Below the pieces are notes generated by a model. That model searched no databases. It was not told where the DNA came from and saw only the letters and a list, made by a program, of their open reading frames with translations. A stretch of 64,000 nt of DNA, from the IMG/VR virus record IMGVR_UViG_3300028920_000061, positions 1 to 64,000 of that record, one strand, 5' to 3'. Source of the stretch: a virus. Shown here piece after piece: positions 1 through 9,032 of the stretch (position 1 is its first letter; each line of letters opens with the position of its first letter). A program made the position numbers and the translations under genes.

Positions 1-2
1 CC

Positions 3-1166
3 TCAAATGAATTTGTGAGTCATGCTGTCTTTTAAAATAACTTGTTCATAAATCTGATTGTGCGGCTGATAGGTGCAACGTGGACACTTTGACACTATGA
101 TGTCATCGTGCATTTGCCAGTGCGCCTTACTTCCCCACGCCAGCTTGATCTCCATGACATCCTGGCAGTTGTGTATGAGTTCAAGCTTTGGGTCACCACG
201 GCGGTCACAACAAAGACCAAGAGTAAATCCCTCTTTTGTATCTGAAGGTGGTTCGAATACTGCTGTCATGAATATGGCATAACATTTGTCAAAATAATTT
301 GCTCTTTTGAATTGGGAGTCGAATTTGTGAGTTACCCCATAGACGCCGAATTCAGGAGAATCTAATTCTTCTATAGCTACTTCAATTTGATTATTAAAAA
401 CTGTTACCATAACAGGGTCAAATTTGATAGCATTTGGATCTTCATTAATTTGATCCCAAGGGGTTCCGGCCGGTCGGAAGTGGATATTCTTGCACCCAAT
501 CTGTTTAGCTATTTTTGCGGCATCCAACACTTCTTTCATATTGTCCTTATAGAGCAAATACTTAAAACTGACACCGTACGCGGGACGATCGAGGCCAAGT
601 TGAGTACAATGATCTTTCGAATATTGAACCAGCTTACTGATATTTTCTATCACGGGCTTGAACGACGCTTGAAGGCTTTTTCCTCTTTTGTATTTGTCAT
701 AGGTCTGAGGATTTCCGGCATCAACTGAGACGCCAACCCATGTACATTTCGATAACGGCTCAATGAACTTATCTATCAATGTACCATTAGTGACCACACC
801 AACCTCGACACCGTTCTCAACAAGCCTGTCGATAAATTTTCCAGTATGAGGATTGATGAGTGGCTCACCACCCCCAGCAATGCAGACAGCACCTACGCCG
901 TCATTATGATCGTTCCAGTGAGGCAAAAAGTCGGCTATCTGCATCAAAGATTTTTCAGACAGTGACTGGTGGTTATGCTCCATAACATACGAAGCGTTGC
1001 ACCATTCACAATTAAGATTACAGGCGTTTGTGGGATCGACCGTTACAAGTATTGGAGCTGGAATCTTTCCGCCCCCTCTTTGGATTTTTCTCCATTTTTC
1101 TACATGGGTCAACAGCTTATAGCTATTGAACGGGTTCCATCTTTTGTTGTGATTCCATTCTTGCAT
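3..1166 (-). CDS. Radical SAM enzyme with C-terminal SPASM/twitch-like Cys motifs
   Basis: CNLNCEWC (CxxxCxxC), GGGEP, VVTNG and C-terminal LCCD...CPRC motifs. Confidence 0.85.
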   Translation of the reverse strand: MQEWNHNKRWNPFNSYKLLTHVEKWRKIQRGGGKIPAPILVTVDPTNACNLNCEWCNASYVMEHNHQSLSEKSLMQIADFLPHWNDHNDGVGAVCIAGGGEPLINPHTGKFIDRLVENGVEVGVVTNGTLIDKFIEPLSKCTWVGVSVDAGNPQTYDKYKRGKSLQASFKPVIENISKLVQYSKDHCTQLGLDRPAYGVSFKYLLYKDNMKEVLDAAKIAKQIGCKNIHFRPAGTPWDQINEDPNAIKFDPVMVTVFNNQIEVAIEELDSPEFGVYGVTHKFDSQFKRANYFDKCYAIFMTAVFEPPSDTKEGFTLGLCCDRRGDPKLELIHNCQDVMEIKLAWGSKAHWQMHDDIIVSKCPRCTYQPHNQIYEQVILKDSMTHKFI

Positions 1167-1389
1167 CGTATCTCCTTATGGCTTCAAGGATATCATCAAT
1201 AAGACCCATTTTAATTTCAAGCCTTTTTGACTGTATGAAATTGTCAAGGTCATGTTTAATATAATATCTTCTATTTGTACTTGTCCTTCTAGCTATTAAT
1301 ACACATTCTCTATCAAGCCTTTGCAATGTTTTAGGATGAAGATTAAGAATTTTTGACGCTTCTGATAGTGTATATGTGGTTTTTCCCAT
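1123..1389 (-). CDS. MerR/excisionase-like helix-turn-helix protein
   Basis: YTLSEASKILNLHPKTLQRLDRE...RTSTNRRYY; likely start at the ATG of MGKTT; overlaps the start of the radical SAM gene. Confidence 0.7.
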   Translation of the reverse strand: MGKTTYTLSEASKILNLHPKTLQRLDRECVLIARRTSTNRRYYIKHDLDNFIQSKRLEIKMGLIDDILEAIRRYDARMESQQKMEPVQ

Positions 1390-1563
1390 GTTCACAATAT
1401 AATTACAAAACATGCAAAACAACAATAATTTTTGCAGTTATTTTTCATGGACTTACGGTATAAATACTATATATAGTGTTCACCTGCCACTACATGTTGC
1501 TATTGCTAGTACAGTGGCGATGACTATTTTTTATATCACACTTTTTTGAGAAAGGGTTACATC

Positions 1564-1827
1564 ATGGCTAAAGAACTCTTTGTTGGCAAATTGTCAAATG
1601 GAGTAACCGTTGAGTTGCTCGAAGCAGAATCATTCAGTGGAAAGACCGAATTTGCAGTCAAAGTTGGCGGAGAAGTCGCATCCGTATCTTCAGTCGGTAT
1701 CCTCAGAACTGGCGATGTTCAGGTTAAAACAACCTCAAAAGCCGTTCGAGTAAAGGCGAATAGCAAGAATATCCCAGAAGTCAAACCGGAAAAAGCCCCA
1801 ACCCTTGATGATGTAGCCGCTGAATAA
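1564..1827 (+). CDS. Hypothetical protein
   Basis: ORF MAKELF... preceded by GAAAGGG and followed by a terminator-like hairpin. Confidence 0.6.
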   Translation: MAKELFVGKLSNGVTVELLEAESFSGKTEFAVKVGGEVASVSSVGILRTGDVQVKTTSKAVRVKANSKNIPEVKPEKAPTLDDVAAE

Positions 1828-1856
1828 GTGGCTTTTTTTATGCTACCAGTAATTGG

Positions 1857-1896
1857 AATCCCCCCGTGGCACGCTATGCCCATGGGGGATTTTTTA
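1857..1896 (+). terminator. Rho-independent terminator-like hairpin
   Basis: ATCCCCC...GGGGGAT stem followed by a T-run. Confidence 0.5.
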
Positions 1897-1921
1897 TCCA
1901 AAATCAATTGAGGAGACTGTT

Positions 1922-4900
1922 ATGGGTTCAAAATATAAAATTCGAAAAGAAGATTTAAGGTCATTTTACAGAATGAGTGATCAGTACATGGAAACGATGG
2001 GTTATCACGAAGTGTACAAGAAGCTCGGGTGGCAGCAGGGCCCGAGCGGCAACTTCCACTGCTGGAACTCTGCAGCTCATGGCCGCGGTACCGACAACAA
2101 CCCTTCCTTATCAGTAAATGACAAGACCGGTCAATGGAATTGCTTCAGTTGCAACTGCGCCGGCAACTTCCAGTCTTACTGGAAAGAGGTTCTCAAGGGT
2201 GGTCAGTATGGAGATTCATATAGTGATTTCGTAATTGACCTGCTCAATCTAAATGTGCCGGATATCATGGGATTTTCTCAGGATTTTGATGAAAAAGAAT
2301 TTGAGGCCAATCGGGAGAAGATGGCTAAGTTTGCCGACGCTCTGAACAAGAGATTTGAAGAGCAGAAGGGCAGCAAATACCTCATGACATCAGAGCTTCA
2401 GGAGCTGATGAAAGAAGAAGCCTCCATCCCGAAAGAAGTGGTCGATGGGCTTGTCCAGAGGCTCAAAAATACCCCGCAGAAGATTAAATACCTCGAAGAG
2501 ACCAGGAACGTCACCGAGGACATTATAGACCGGCTCAGAATCGGCCTCACGGACCGTGGGGCTTATTCCATACCCATATTCGATCCGGAAGGAAACTGCC
2601 TTAACATCAAGAAATATGACCCGTTCACCGAGAAGACCGAGTACAAATGGCTGTATTGGGAGAAAGGCCTCCCAGTCCGCCCCATACCGATTGACAACTT
2701 CACCAAGCAGAAGATTTACATATTTGAGGGGGAACCCGATATGCTGTGTGCCCTGGGGTTTGGAATCGAGGGAGCGGTTACGATGGGGTCGAAGTCGAAT
2801 AAGGACGTGAATGTCGTTTTTGGGGCCGATATGGCCCGTCAAATCTTCTACAATAAGGAAGTAGTGATTGTATTCGATTCGGACAATGAGCCTGATAAGA
2901 CTGGCCGCACAAGCCAGCAGACGCTGGCACATTCATTGTACCCGTATGCAAAACAGATTAAAATCATTAATCTCGATCAGAGCGATATCAATCCGAAAGG
3001 CCTTGATCCAAATCTGATTAAAATCGTGAAAAACAAAAAAGGTCAGGAGAAAGAAAAGAGAATTGAGAAAGATTTCACAGATTTTATTCGTAGAAATGGC
3101 TTTGATGAACATGCAATTGAGGCATTTCACAGATTGGTAGAGTTAACTGAAGTGTATGTCGAGAATGAAGATCGTGTTCGTGAAACTGTTTGTAAAGTCA
3201 CCATACAGGAAGCTCGTATGGCAAAACAGTATTCTCCGGACGGATCTAAGGTTCTTGAACTTGTTGCTTCAGTATCGGATTTTGATTCAACTGCGTATCA
3301 ATACCCAAAAATATTCTGCGTCTCGTGTCCTCAAATGGGGCCTCAAGAAGATCGGGGTGGTACAAGCAAAATGCCGGGAGCATGTAAACGATGTATGATG
3401 CCGGCGTATCCTGGATTCTTCAAAGATAACAGTGTAGTTATACATTTTCACAGAAAAATCCCCAAAGAATTCTCCAACGATAGAAGGCACCTTAAGATTT
3501 CAGAACATAACATCCTTGGTCTGGTGCAAGTTACTGATTCTCAAAAACGTTACCACCATAAAAGAATGATTGGCATTAATCCACGGTGTGATCTTGTTGA
3601 TGTAACCGACCTGGCGTATGAAAAGCTTCTCCATGTCCGTTTGGTCAAGGACGTTTCTGAATATGGTGATCCGGCCACGTCAGCCATTCATATGGAAGCA
3701 TACATGGTGGGGGATCAAGATATTTATGCCAACAAGTCATACAAATTTAAAGCTGTTCATACAACGTCATGGAATGGTCAATATTCCGTCTTGTTCGCAC
3801 ATGAGGCTGAACCTATTGCCACTTCGATTGAGCGATTTAAAATGAATGAAGATATTCATAATATCCTTATGTCGTTCAGGAGAAAATCTGGCGAAAGTAT
3901 TGATGGCCACCTGGCTCGCAGATACAAGGTTCTTGGTGATGCTGCCGGTATAACTGGTCGAGATGATTTGTTTCTGGTAAATGATTTGACATTCTTTTCG
4001 GCTGCAGAAATTCATAATAAGACATTGTTACCAAGTGTTAATAGGGGCTATGTCGAATCCTTGATTGCTGGAGATTCACGATGTGGTAAGACCATCGTAT
4101 CTAAATTTCTTCACGATCATTATAAAATTGGTGAATTTGTTGCAGGCTCAGGTGCTGTTAGTAGAACGGGGCTCCTTGGTGGCATTACATCATTTAAGAA
4201 CAACCAGTCGATTTCATGGGGGAAAATACCACAAAACGACGGCGGTATCATTTCAATTGATGAGTTGACCAATATCAATTATGAGTCACTTGACAGTTTA
4301 ACCGCATGTCGATCAAGCGGTGTTGCTGATGTTCAAATGGCGAAATCAGGAAAGGTCCCTGCACGTACCAGAAAGATTATGCTGTCCAATGCTCGTGGAA
4401 ATGCTCAGACAAGGCCAAGCCACACATTCGGATTTGAAATGCTGAGAGATATTTGTTTCGGGAAAGATGAGATTCTTTCCCGTTTTGATGTTGCCTATAT
4501 TGTTAGGCAAGGTGATGTTGAATTTAAAGAATTCGCATCATCATATGATCAAATATCAACAGAATTCACCGAATTTCAATGTCAGACACTTATCAAATGG
4601 TGCTACTCTAGAAAACCTGATGATATAATCCTTGAATCAGAATTAGAAGAATATATCACCAGCAAATCTTCAGACCTTTTACAAAAATTTCATAGTTCAT
4701 CACAACTTGTCAATATAGAAATACGGGCTAAAATATTCAGAATGTCCGTTGCTCTTGCAACAATGTTATACTCAATTCCGCCCAATAACGATTGGAATAA
4801 AATTTACGTCAATCGTGAACATGTCGATTTTATATGCAAATTTCTTGATCGGGTTTATTGTCACCCAAACATGGCCCTTGATCGTTATTCGGAAATAAAA

Positions 4901-5380
4901 TTCAGAGAAGAGTCATTGGGTGATATGCGGTTCATGGAAGGCATTATGAGCCATATCGGAATCGATCAATTAATACGTGAAGATGAATTTACAGATGGCA
5001 GTATCAGGCAGATATTTTTTGATTATTTGCATGCCGTAACTGATGGTCGGGCGTTTATTGTAGATGCAAATGACGATAGCAACCGATGGTGCGGATTCAA
5101 ATACATTACTGACGCTTGCCAAAAACTAATAGGTGTTTTATGTGAAAGAAATTGCCTAAGAAGGGGCAAGCGAAACACATACAAAAAAACAGAAATGTTT
5201 TCAAAATGGCTTGTTTCCAAGAAGGATGAAAAATATGCCGGCTCGAATTATCTCGATGTTACTCCAGATGAACTCAATTCTCAAGTGGAGCAAAAGATCA
5301 AACGATTTGAGACGTTTAGTGAGCGATTTAGAAAGCGGAAGGGCGACGACGATCAAGTCGTGGGCTCATCGGGATCTTGA
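1922..5380 (+). CDS. DnaG-type primase (Zn finger + TOPRIM) fused to MCM-type AAA+ helicase
   Basis: N-terminal C...H...PSLSVN...WNCFSC Zn finger; TOPRIM IFEGEPD and VFDSD; Walker A GDSRCGKT; Walker B ISIDELT; MCM-type arginine finger LSRFD; RBS GAGGAG before ATG 1922. Confidence 0.85.
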   Translation: MGSKYKIRKEDLRSFYRMSDQYMETMGYHEVYKKLGWQQGPSGNFHCWNSAAHGRGTDNNPSLSVNDKTGQWNCFSCNCAGNFQSYWKEVLKGGQYGDSYSDFVIDLLNLNVPDIMGFSQDFDEKEFEANREKMAKFADALNKRFEEQKGSKYLMTSELQELMKEEASIPKEVVDGLVQRLKNTPQKIKYLEETRNVTEDIIDRLRIGLTDRGAYSIPIFDPEGNCLNIKKYDPFTEKTEYKWLYWEKGLPVRPIPIDNFTKQKIYIFEGEPDMLCALGFGIEGAVTMGSKSNKDVNVVFGADMARQIFYNKEVVIVFDSDNEPDKTGRTSQQTLAHSLYPYAKQIKIINLDQSDINPKGLDPNLIKIVKNKKGQEKEKRIEKDFTDFIRRNGFDEHAIEAFHRLVELTEVYVENEDRVRETVCKVTIQEARMAKQYSPDGSKVLELVASVSDFDSTAYQYPKIFCVSCPQMGPQEDRGGTSKMPGACKRCMMPAYPGFFKDNSVVIHFHRKIPKEFSNDRRHLKISEHNILGLVQVTDSQKRYHHKRMIGINPRCDLVDVTDLAYEKLLHVRLVKDVSEYGDPATSAIHMEAYMVGDQDIYANKSYKFKAVHTTSWNGQYSVLFAHEAEPIATSIERFKMNEDIHNILMSFRRKSGESIDGHLARRYKVLGDAAGITGRDDLFLVNDLTFFSAAEIHNKTLLPSVNRGYVESLIAGDSRCGKTIVSKFLHDHYKIGEFVAGSGAVSRTGLLGGITSFKNNQSISWGKIPQNDGGIISIDELTNINYESLDSLTACRSSGVADVQMAKSGKVPARTRKIMLSNARGNAQTRPSHTFGFEMLRDICFGKDEILSRFDVAYIVRQGDVEFKEFASSYDQISTEFTEFQCQTLIKWCYSRKPDDIILESELEEYITSKSSDLLQKFHSSSQLVNIEIRAKIFRMSVALATMLYSIPPNNDWNKIYVNREHVDFICKFLDRVYCHPNMALDRYSEIKFREESLGDMRFMEGIMSHIGIDQLIREDEFTDGSIRQIFFDYLHAVTDGRAFIVDANDDSNRWCGFKYITDACQKLIGVLCERNCLRRGKRNTYKKTEMFSKWLVSKKDEKYAGSNYLDVTPDELNSQVEQKIKRFETFSERFRKRKGDDDQVVGSSGS

Positions 5381-5879
5381 TAATGCTTTAAAGTATTATC
5401 AATCGATTGGATGGTGTCCTACTGCGGATGGATATTTGAATGAATTGAAGGCGCTTATGGTCACCTTTCGCAAAGTCAATAGGCATATAACAGAGATTTT
5501 GGATGGATTTATGAAAGATAAACATCTTCTTGTCTTTCTTATTATACATTCAACCTTTAATAGCGATGCTCGTACGGATGGGGACTTTATTGAAGTGTAT
5601 ATGGCGAATAAAATTCAAGTATCAGATAACCAGGTGATTAACGCATATACCAAAAAGATTCCTGACGATATTGCTAAAAAATTGTCTATATTCAATCCGA
5701 CAATAATACCATTTGAAGTTCTCAACTATAAGGTTGAATTTGGCTGTAGAAAAGATCTGGTCACAGGTAAATACCCACACGACCCGATACGCGTTATTGA
5801 TACAACACTTGATGTAGACCGAAAGCCAAATTTTAACCCTGAAGAATTTTTATCGCAATATGAGGACATTGCTCTGTAA
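5211..5879 (+). CDS. Hypothetical protein (true start probably downstream)
   Basis: 222-aa ORF overlapping the helicase 3' end; no motif recognised. Confidence 0.5.
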   Translation: MFPRRMKNMPARIISMLLQMNSILKWSKRSNDLRRLVSDLESGRATTIKSWAHRDLDNALKYYQSIGWCPTADGYLNELKALMVTFRKVNRHITEILDGFMKDKHLLVFLIIHSTFNSDARTDGDFIEVYMANKIQVSDNQVINAYTKKIPDDIAKKLSIFNPTIIPFEVLNYKVEFGCRKDLVTGKYPHDPIRVIDTTLDVDRKPNFNPEEFLSQYEDIAL

Positions 5880-5968
5880 AGCATCTCAAAGACAGGTCCT
5901 ATGTTATTTCAAAATGATTTTTGTAACCATAATTGTGACAGGTACTTTACATCCCACATGGAGGAATT

Positions 5969-6766
5969 ATGAGTGTAGGAGGAATTGATCTTTCCGGTTT
6001 CCAGAACAATGAAGCTGTGTCGCAACAGTTTGATGACACTTCAGGCAAGGATCAGGTTCAAAGCAGGTTGATCACAACTTCCGGAACATACGTTATGGAG
6101 GTGTCTACCTTCTGTTTTCGGAATAAGAAACGCAACAATGAAGTAATTATCAGCCCAACTTTGGCAAAATCTTCCAAAGGCGGAATCAATCTTGTAGCAA
6201 GCATGCAAGTCTGCAAGGGGTTTGGAACATCACAAGTGTCAGAAGGTGATTATATCACCGTTAATGTGCCCGTGTGGCCGTCGCCAAAAGCAACAAAAGA
6301 TGACGTTTCCAACATGTTCAAGCTTTCAAAGCCACGCCTGTGCGCCCTTCTTGGAGTTGACAACTTCAAGTTGGAACTTGACAACGTTGTCGATAAATTC
6401 TCAACAGAGTGGTCCGAGAACGAAGACGGAAGCTTTGAACTTAAGAAAGACCATGCGCTCAAGGGTCGCGTGGTATGTACTTTCGACGATAGCGTGTACA
6501 ACAACCGACCGACCTTGAACCTCGTCAATATGCGCAGATTCAAAGAAGGTGACAAAAGCGTTTCGAACGGCCCAGCCGAACAAGCACCACAAAATGGTTT
6601 TGGAAGTTCGCAATCTGATTCTTCTCCTGAAGAACAGGAAGAGTTGAACTTTTCCAGTGCCGGAGAAACAGCATCATCGGGTCAGGCTCCTCAGCAGGAA
6701 ACTCCTGAGACAGCCCAGGATGTTATTACGCCCGACACTGTTCAAGAAGATACATTGCCATTCTAA
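5969..6766 (+). CDS. Probable single-stranded DNA-binding protein
   Basis: RBS GGAGG; replication context; beta-rich core with a long acidic disordered tail ending EDTLPF, as in SSBs. Confidence 0.65.
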   Translation: MSVGGIDLSGFQNNEAVSQQFDDTSGKDQVQSRLITTSGTYVMEVSTFCFRNKKRNNEVIISPTLAKSSKGGINLVASMQVCKGFGTSQVSEGDYITVNVPVWPSPKATKDDVSNMFKLSKPRLCALLGVDNFKLELDNVVDKFSTEWSENEDGSFELKKDHALKGRVVCTFDDSVYNNRPTLNLVNMRRFKEGDKSVSNGPAEQAPQNGFGSSQSDSSPEEQEELNFSSAGETASSGQAPQQETPETAQDVITPDTVQEDTLPF

Positions 6767-6774
6767 TTTGTCAA

Positions 6775-6866
6775 GCAGGGGTGGTCCAGTTGGCCGGTCC
6801 TTAGATCTATGCTGATATGAGCAATCTAAAGCATGGTGTACGATGGTTCAAGTCCATCCCCCTGCA
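6775..6866 (+). tRNA. tRNA-like element with non-canonical expanded anticodon arm (identity undetermined)
   Basis: Acceptor stem GCAGGGG/CCCCTGC+A; T-arm GATGG-TTCAAGT-CCATC; D-loop AGTTGG; TTAGAT/ATCTAA stem encloses 17 nt with a TGCT/AGCA sub-hairpin. Confidence 0.55.
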
Positions 6867-6894
6867 TTTCTTTTTTTTCCTGAGAGGTAAAAAA

Positions 6895-7968
6895 ATGATC
6901 AAAGGTCTTACGCACAATGTAGACGGTTCACTGAACCATGCTACCCGGTATCGCGGAAAGATATCAACAGGATATGGCCCAGGAGAACCGCCAAACACAA
7001 CCAATCATCCGGTTGCTGCAGGATTTTTCAGAATGCTGAAAGAGGTAACTGAAACACAACAGATTGGTGCGAGCAAAAAAGAGGTTGCCATCAAAAAATG
7101 GATAACCAATTCAGTAGCCCAATCATCTCTTGAAGCGCAAAACAAGAAAAGCAAAACTCCAAGAATATTGGAATTTGTCAGCTTGTTTCATTCCCCGAAA
7201 GATTTTTGGGAAAGTTCGTTGGCAATGTTCTCATCTACTGAAGGGTTATTGTGCCGAAGTGAAGGTGAAGGAACGCCGGCACGATACCTTACCTTTGATG
7301 GAAACAACGAGCGCGTATGGGTGGATAGGGAATTCGATGGTGTTTCAGGATGCCTATATCGAAATTGTCCTGATTTCGCTTCAGGAAAATGCAAACCTCT
7401 TGGTTTGATGAAAGTTTTCCCGACATGTGACTTGTCCACAATGCCGTATCGGTTCGAAACCAGAAGTATTAATACAATCATTGGTATGGAATCGGCCCTG
7501 CAGGACCTGTGGACGCTTCTGAACGCGGCTCACGCAATCAGACAGATGGAAGCCAACAAACAGTTGCCATTTGATGGATTCTTTGGCGCAAAACTGCTTT
7601 TGGTTCATCGCAAAATAAAATCTGGTGGCCGGGAAGTTTTTGTAACTGACCTGTTCCCAAGTGCAGATTTCAATGAGATGGTCATGCAACCTATCAAACG
7701 TGGATTGGATGAAAAGAAGAACAAAGCGCTTCTTGAGGGCGCAGCCGGCTCCGTTAGTCTACTTGAGCAAGCGGCTAATAATATGATTGCCGGTCCAATA
7801 GAGAGTGCTGAATCGTCTATACCTTTGGATGCCTCTGAGGAGAGAGATATCGCTGTCAACTTCGGCGCAGATGCAGAAGAAATTCCTGCTGAAGCGACAA
7901 GCGATGGCAATGCCCCTGAGCCAAACAAAGGGGCAGAAACGCTCATGTCAGAAGGCCCTGGCAAGTAA
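6895..7968 (+). CDS. Recombination-associated protein (Gp3-like/recombination directionality factor-like)
   Basis: RGKISTG...HP...FF N-terminus, C-x4-C-x6-C cluster (CLYRNCPDFASGKCKPLG) and acidic tail; RBS GAGG; recalled resemblance only. Confidence 0.5.
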   Translation: MIKGLTHNVDGSLNHATRYRGKISTGYGPGEPPNTTNHPVAAGFFRMLKEVTETQQIGASKKEVAIKKWITNSVAQSSLEAQNKKSKTPRILEFVSLFHSPKDFWESSLAMFSSTEGLLCRSEGEGTPARYLTFDGNNERVWVDREFDGVSGCLYRNCPDFASGKCKPLGLMKVFPTCDLSTMPYRFETRSINTIIGMESALQDLWTLLNAAHAIRQMEANKQLPFDGFFGAKLLLVHRKIKSGGREVFVTDLFPSADFNEMVMQPIKRGLDEKKNKALLEGAAGSVSLLEQAANNMIAGPIESAESSIPLDASEERDIAVNFGADAEEIPAEATSDGNAPEPNKGAETLMSEGPGK

Positions 7969-8043
7969 AAATTTTCCAAGCAGCTTTCTATTTTTAGAAA
8001 GCAATCTGGAGTTTCTCCAGAAGGGTAAATAATAACCTGATTC

Positions 8044-8193
8044 GAAACATTTTGAGATGAAAAGGTTGTCTAATCGGCTTTTTACAAAAATGTCGATAAG
8101 CACTTCATCTTCGTGTCCATCGGCACTCGATGAAGTGCGGCGAGACATTTTTCGAAAAAAGCCCAACGACAACCTTTCATCTCATTTAGTTTC
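8044..8193. repeat. About 150-nt imperfect palindrome (long hairpin)
   Basis: Nested arms TGAGATGAAA/TTTCATCTCA, GGTTGTC/GACAACC, GGCTTTT/AAAAGCC, AAAAATGTC/GACATTTTT, GCACTTCATC/GATGAAGTGC. Confidence 0.85.
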
Positions 8194-8220
8194 TCACATC
8201 TATCAATAGTTGGAAAGCAA

Positions 8221-8415
8221 ATGAACTCAGTTACTGATCCATGGGTCGTTCATTACGAACGGCTCATGGATATTCTTACTAAAGCAGGTGTATCAAGGGA
8301 TCTCCCTCCTCGTATTCAAAGAAAGATACTTATTATGCATATGGGTACGATTTCAAACAAAGAGCTAAAAGAGGCTTTATCATTATTCAAAGTCGTATAT
8401 AAGGGAGAATTATGA
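8221..8415 (+). CDS. Small hypothetical protein
   Basis: ORF in a tightly packed co-oriented run. Confidence 0.5.
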   Translation: MNSVTDPWVVHYERLMDILTKAGVSRDLPPRIQRKILIMHMGTISNKELKEALSLFKVVYKGEL

Positions 8416-8618
8416 GTATTGACAAGCCTGGTATATACAAATTGAAATTATTTCATCAAAATGGTTTTGAAGAGGTTGAGATAGAAATAGGTGATGATTA
8501 TGATAATACAAGGGCGTTTCTGGTCTCAAAATGGTATGTTGAATATTTCAATTATAAAAAGCAAGATCGTGAGCGTACTAACCTTCCATACATTTTAACA
8601 TTTGATCGAAAATTTTAA
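8414..8618 (+). CDS. Small hypothetical protein (ORF track start 8412; start approximate)
   Basis: RBS GGGAG; start overlaps the upstream stop. Confidence 0.5.
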
Positions 8619-8627
8619 GGAGTTGAT

Positions 8628-9032
8628 ATGGAAATCATTTTGATATTATTCATTGTGTTGTTTCTATCCTCTCTTGGATGTGCCATTTTTTTATTCAAGA
8701 AAAATTGCCACTATAGGAGAATTATTGATAATGAAGCAAAAGCCTCAAAAGATAGAATCAGAGGACTCAATGAAGAAAAGAAGGTTCTTATAGAAAGGGT
8801 ACGAGAGCTCGAAGACGGAATCAAAGAAACATTTAGCGTTTCAGTAAGAAATGACGTAACTAAAGTAGAATGTGTTTTTGACAAAACAGAAATGGCATTT
8901 ATTATGGCTGGTATCTGGAAATTAATTCAATCTCCTGATTCGGGCATTGAAGATAAAGAGTGGTACATCAAGCTGTACAAGAAGATACAGTCTCACATTG
9001 ACGATATGGAGGAACCCAAGGATGAATCCTGA
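8628..9032 (+). CDS. Membrane-anchored coiled-coil protein
   Basis: N-terminal hydrophobic helix then coiled coil; RBS AGGAG. Confidence 0.6.
   Translation: MEIILILFIVLFLSSLGCAIFLFKKNCHYRRIIDNEAKASKDRIRGLNEEKKVLIERVRELEDGIKETFSVSVRNDVTKVECVFDKTEMAFIMAGIWKLIQSPDSGIEDKEWYIKLYKKIQSHIDDMEEPKDES

Noticed and set aside
1123-1425. IS607 transposon
   Set aside because: Only a MerR-like HTH is present; no serine recombinase domain or TnpB
2390-2932. Long antisense or alternate-frame ORFs (also 25899-26414 and 57571-58212)
   Set aside because: Shadows of well-supported genes, with no recognisable motifs
1922-5380. Intein in the MCM helicase
   Set aside because: Walker A, Walker B and arginine-finger spacing is compact, and no intein splice-junction motifs were recognised
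6801-6830. Amber-suppressor tRNA or stop-codon recoding (CTA in the loop)
   Set aside because: CTA is not in a 7-nt loop after U33, and genes are intact in the standard code with TAG used as a stop
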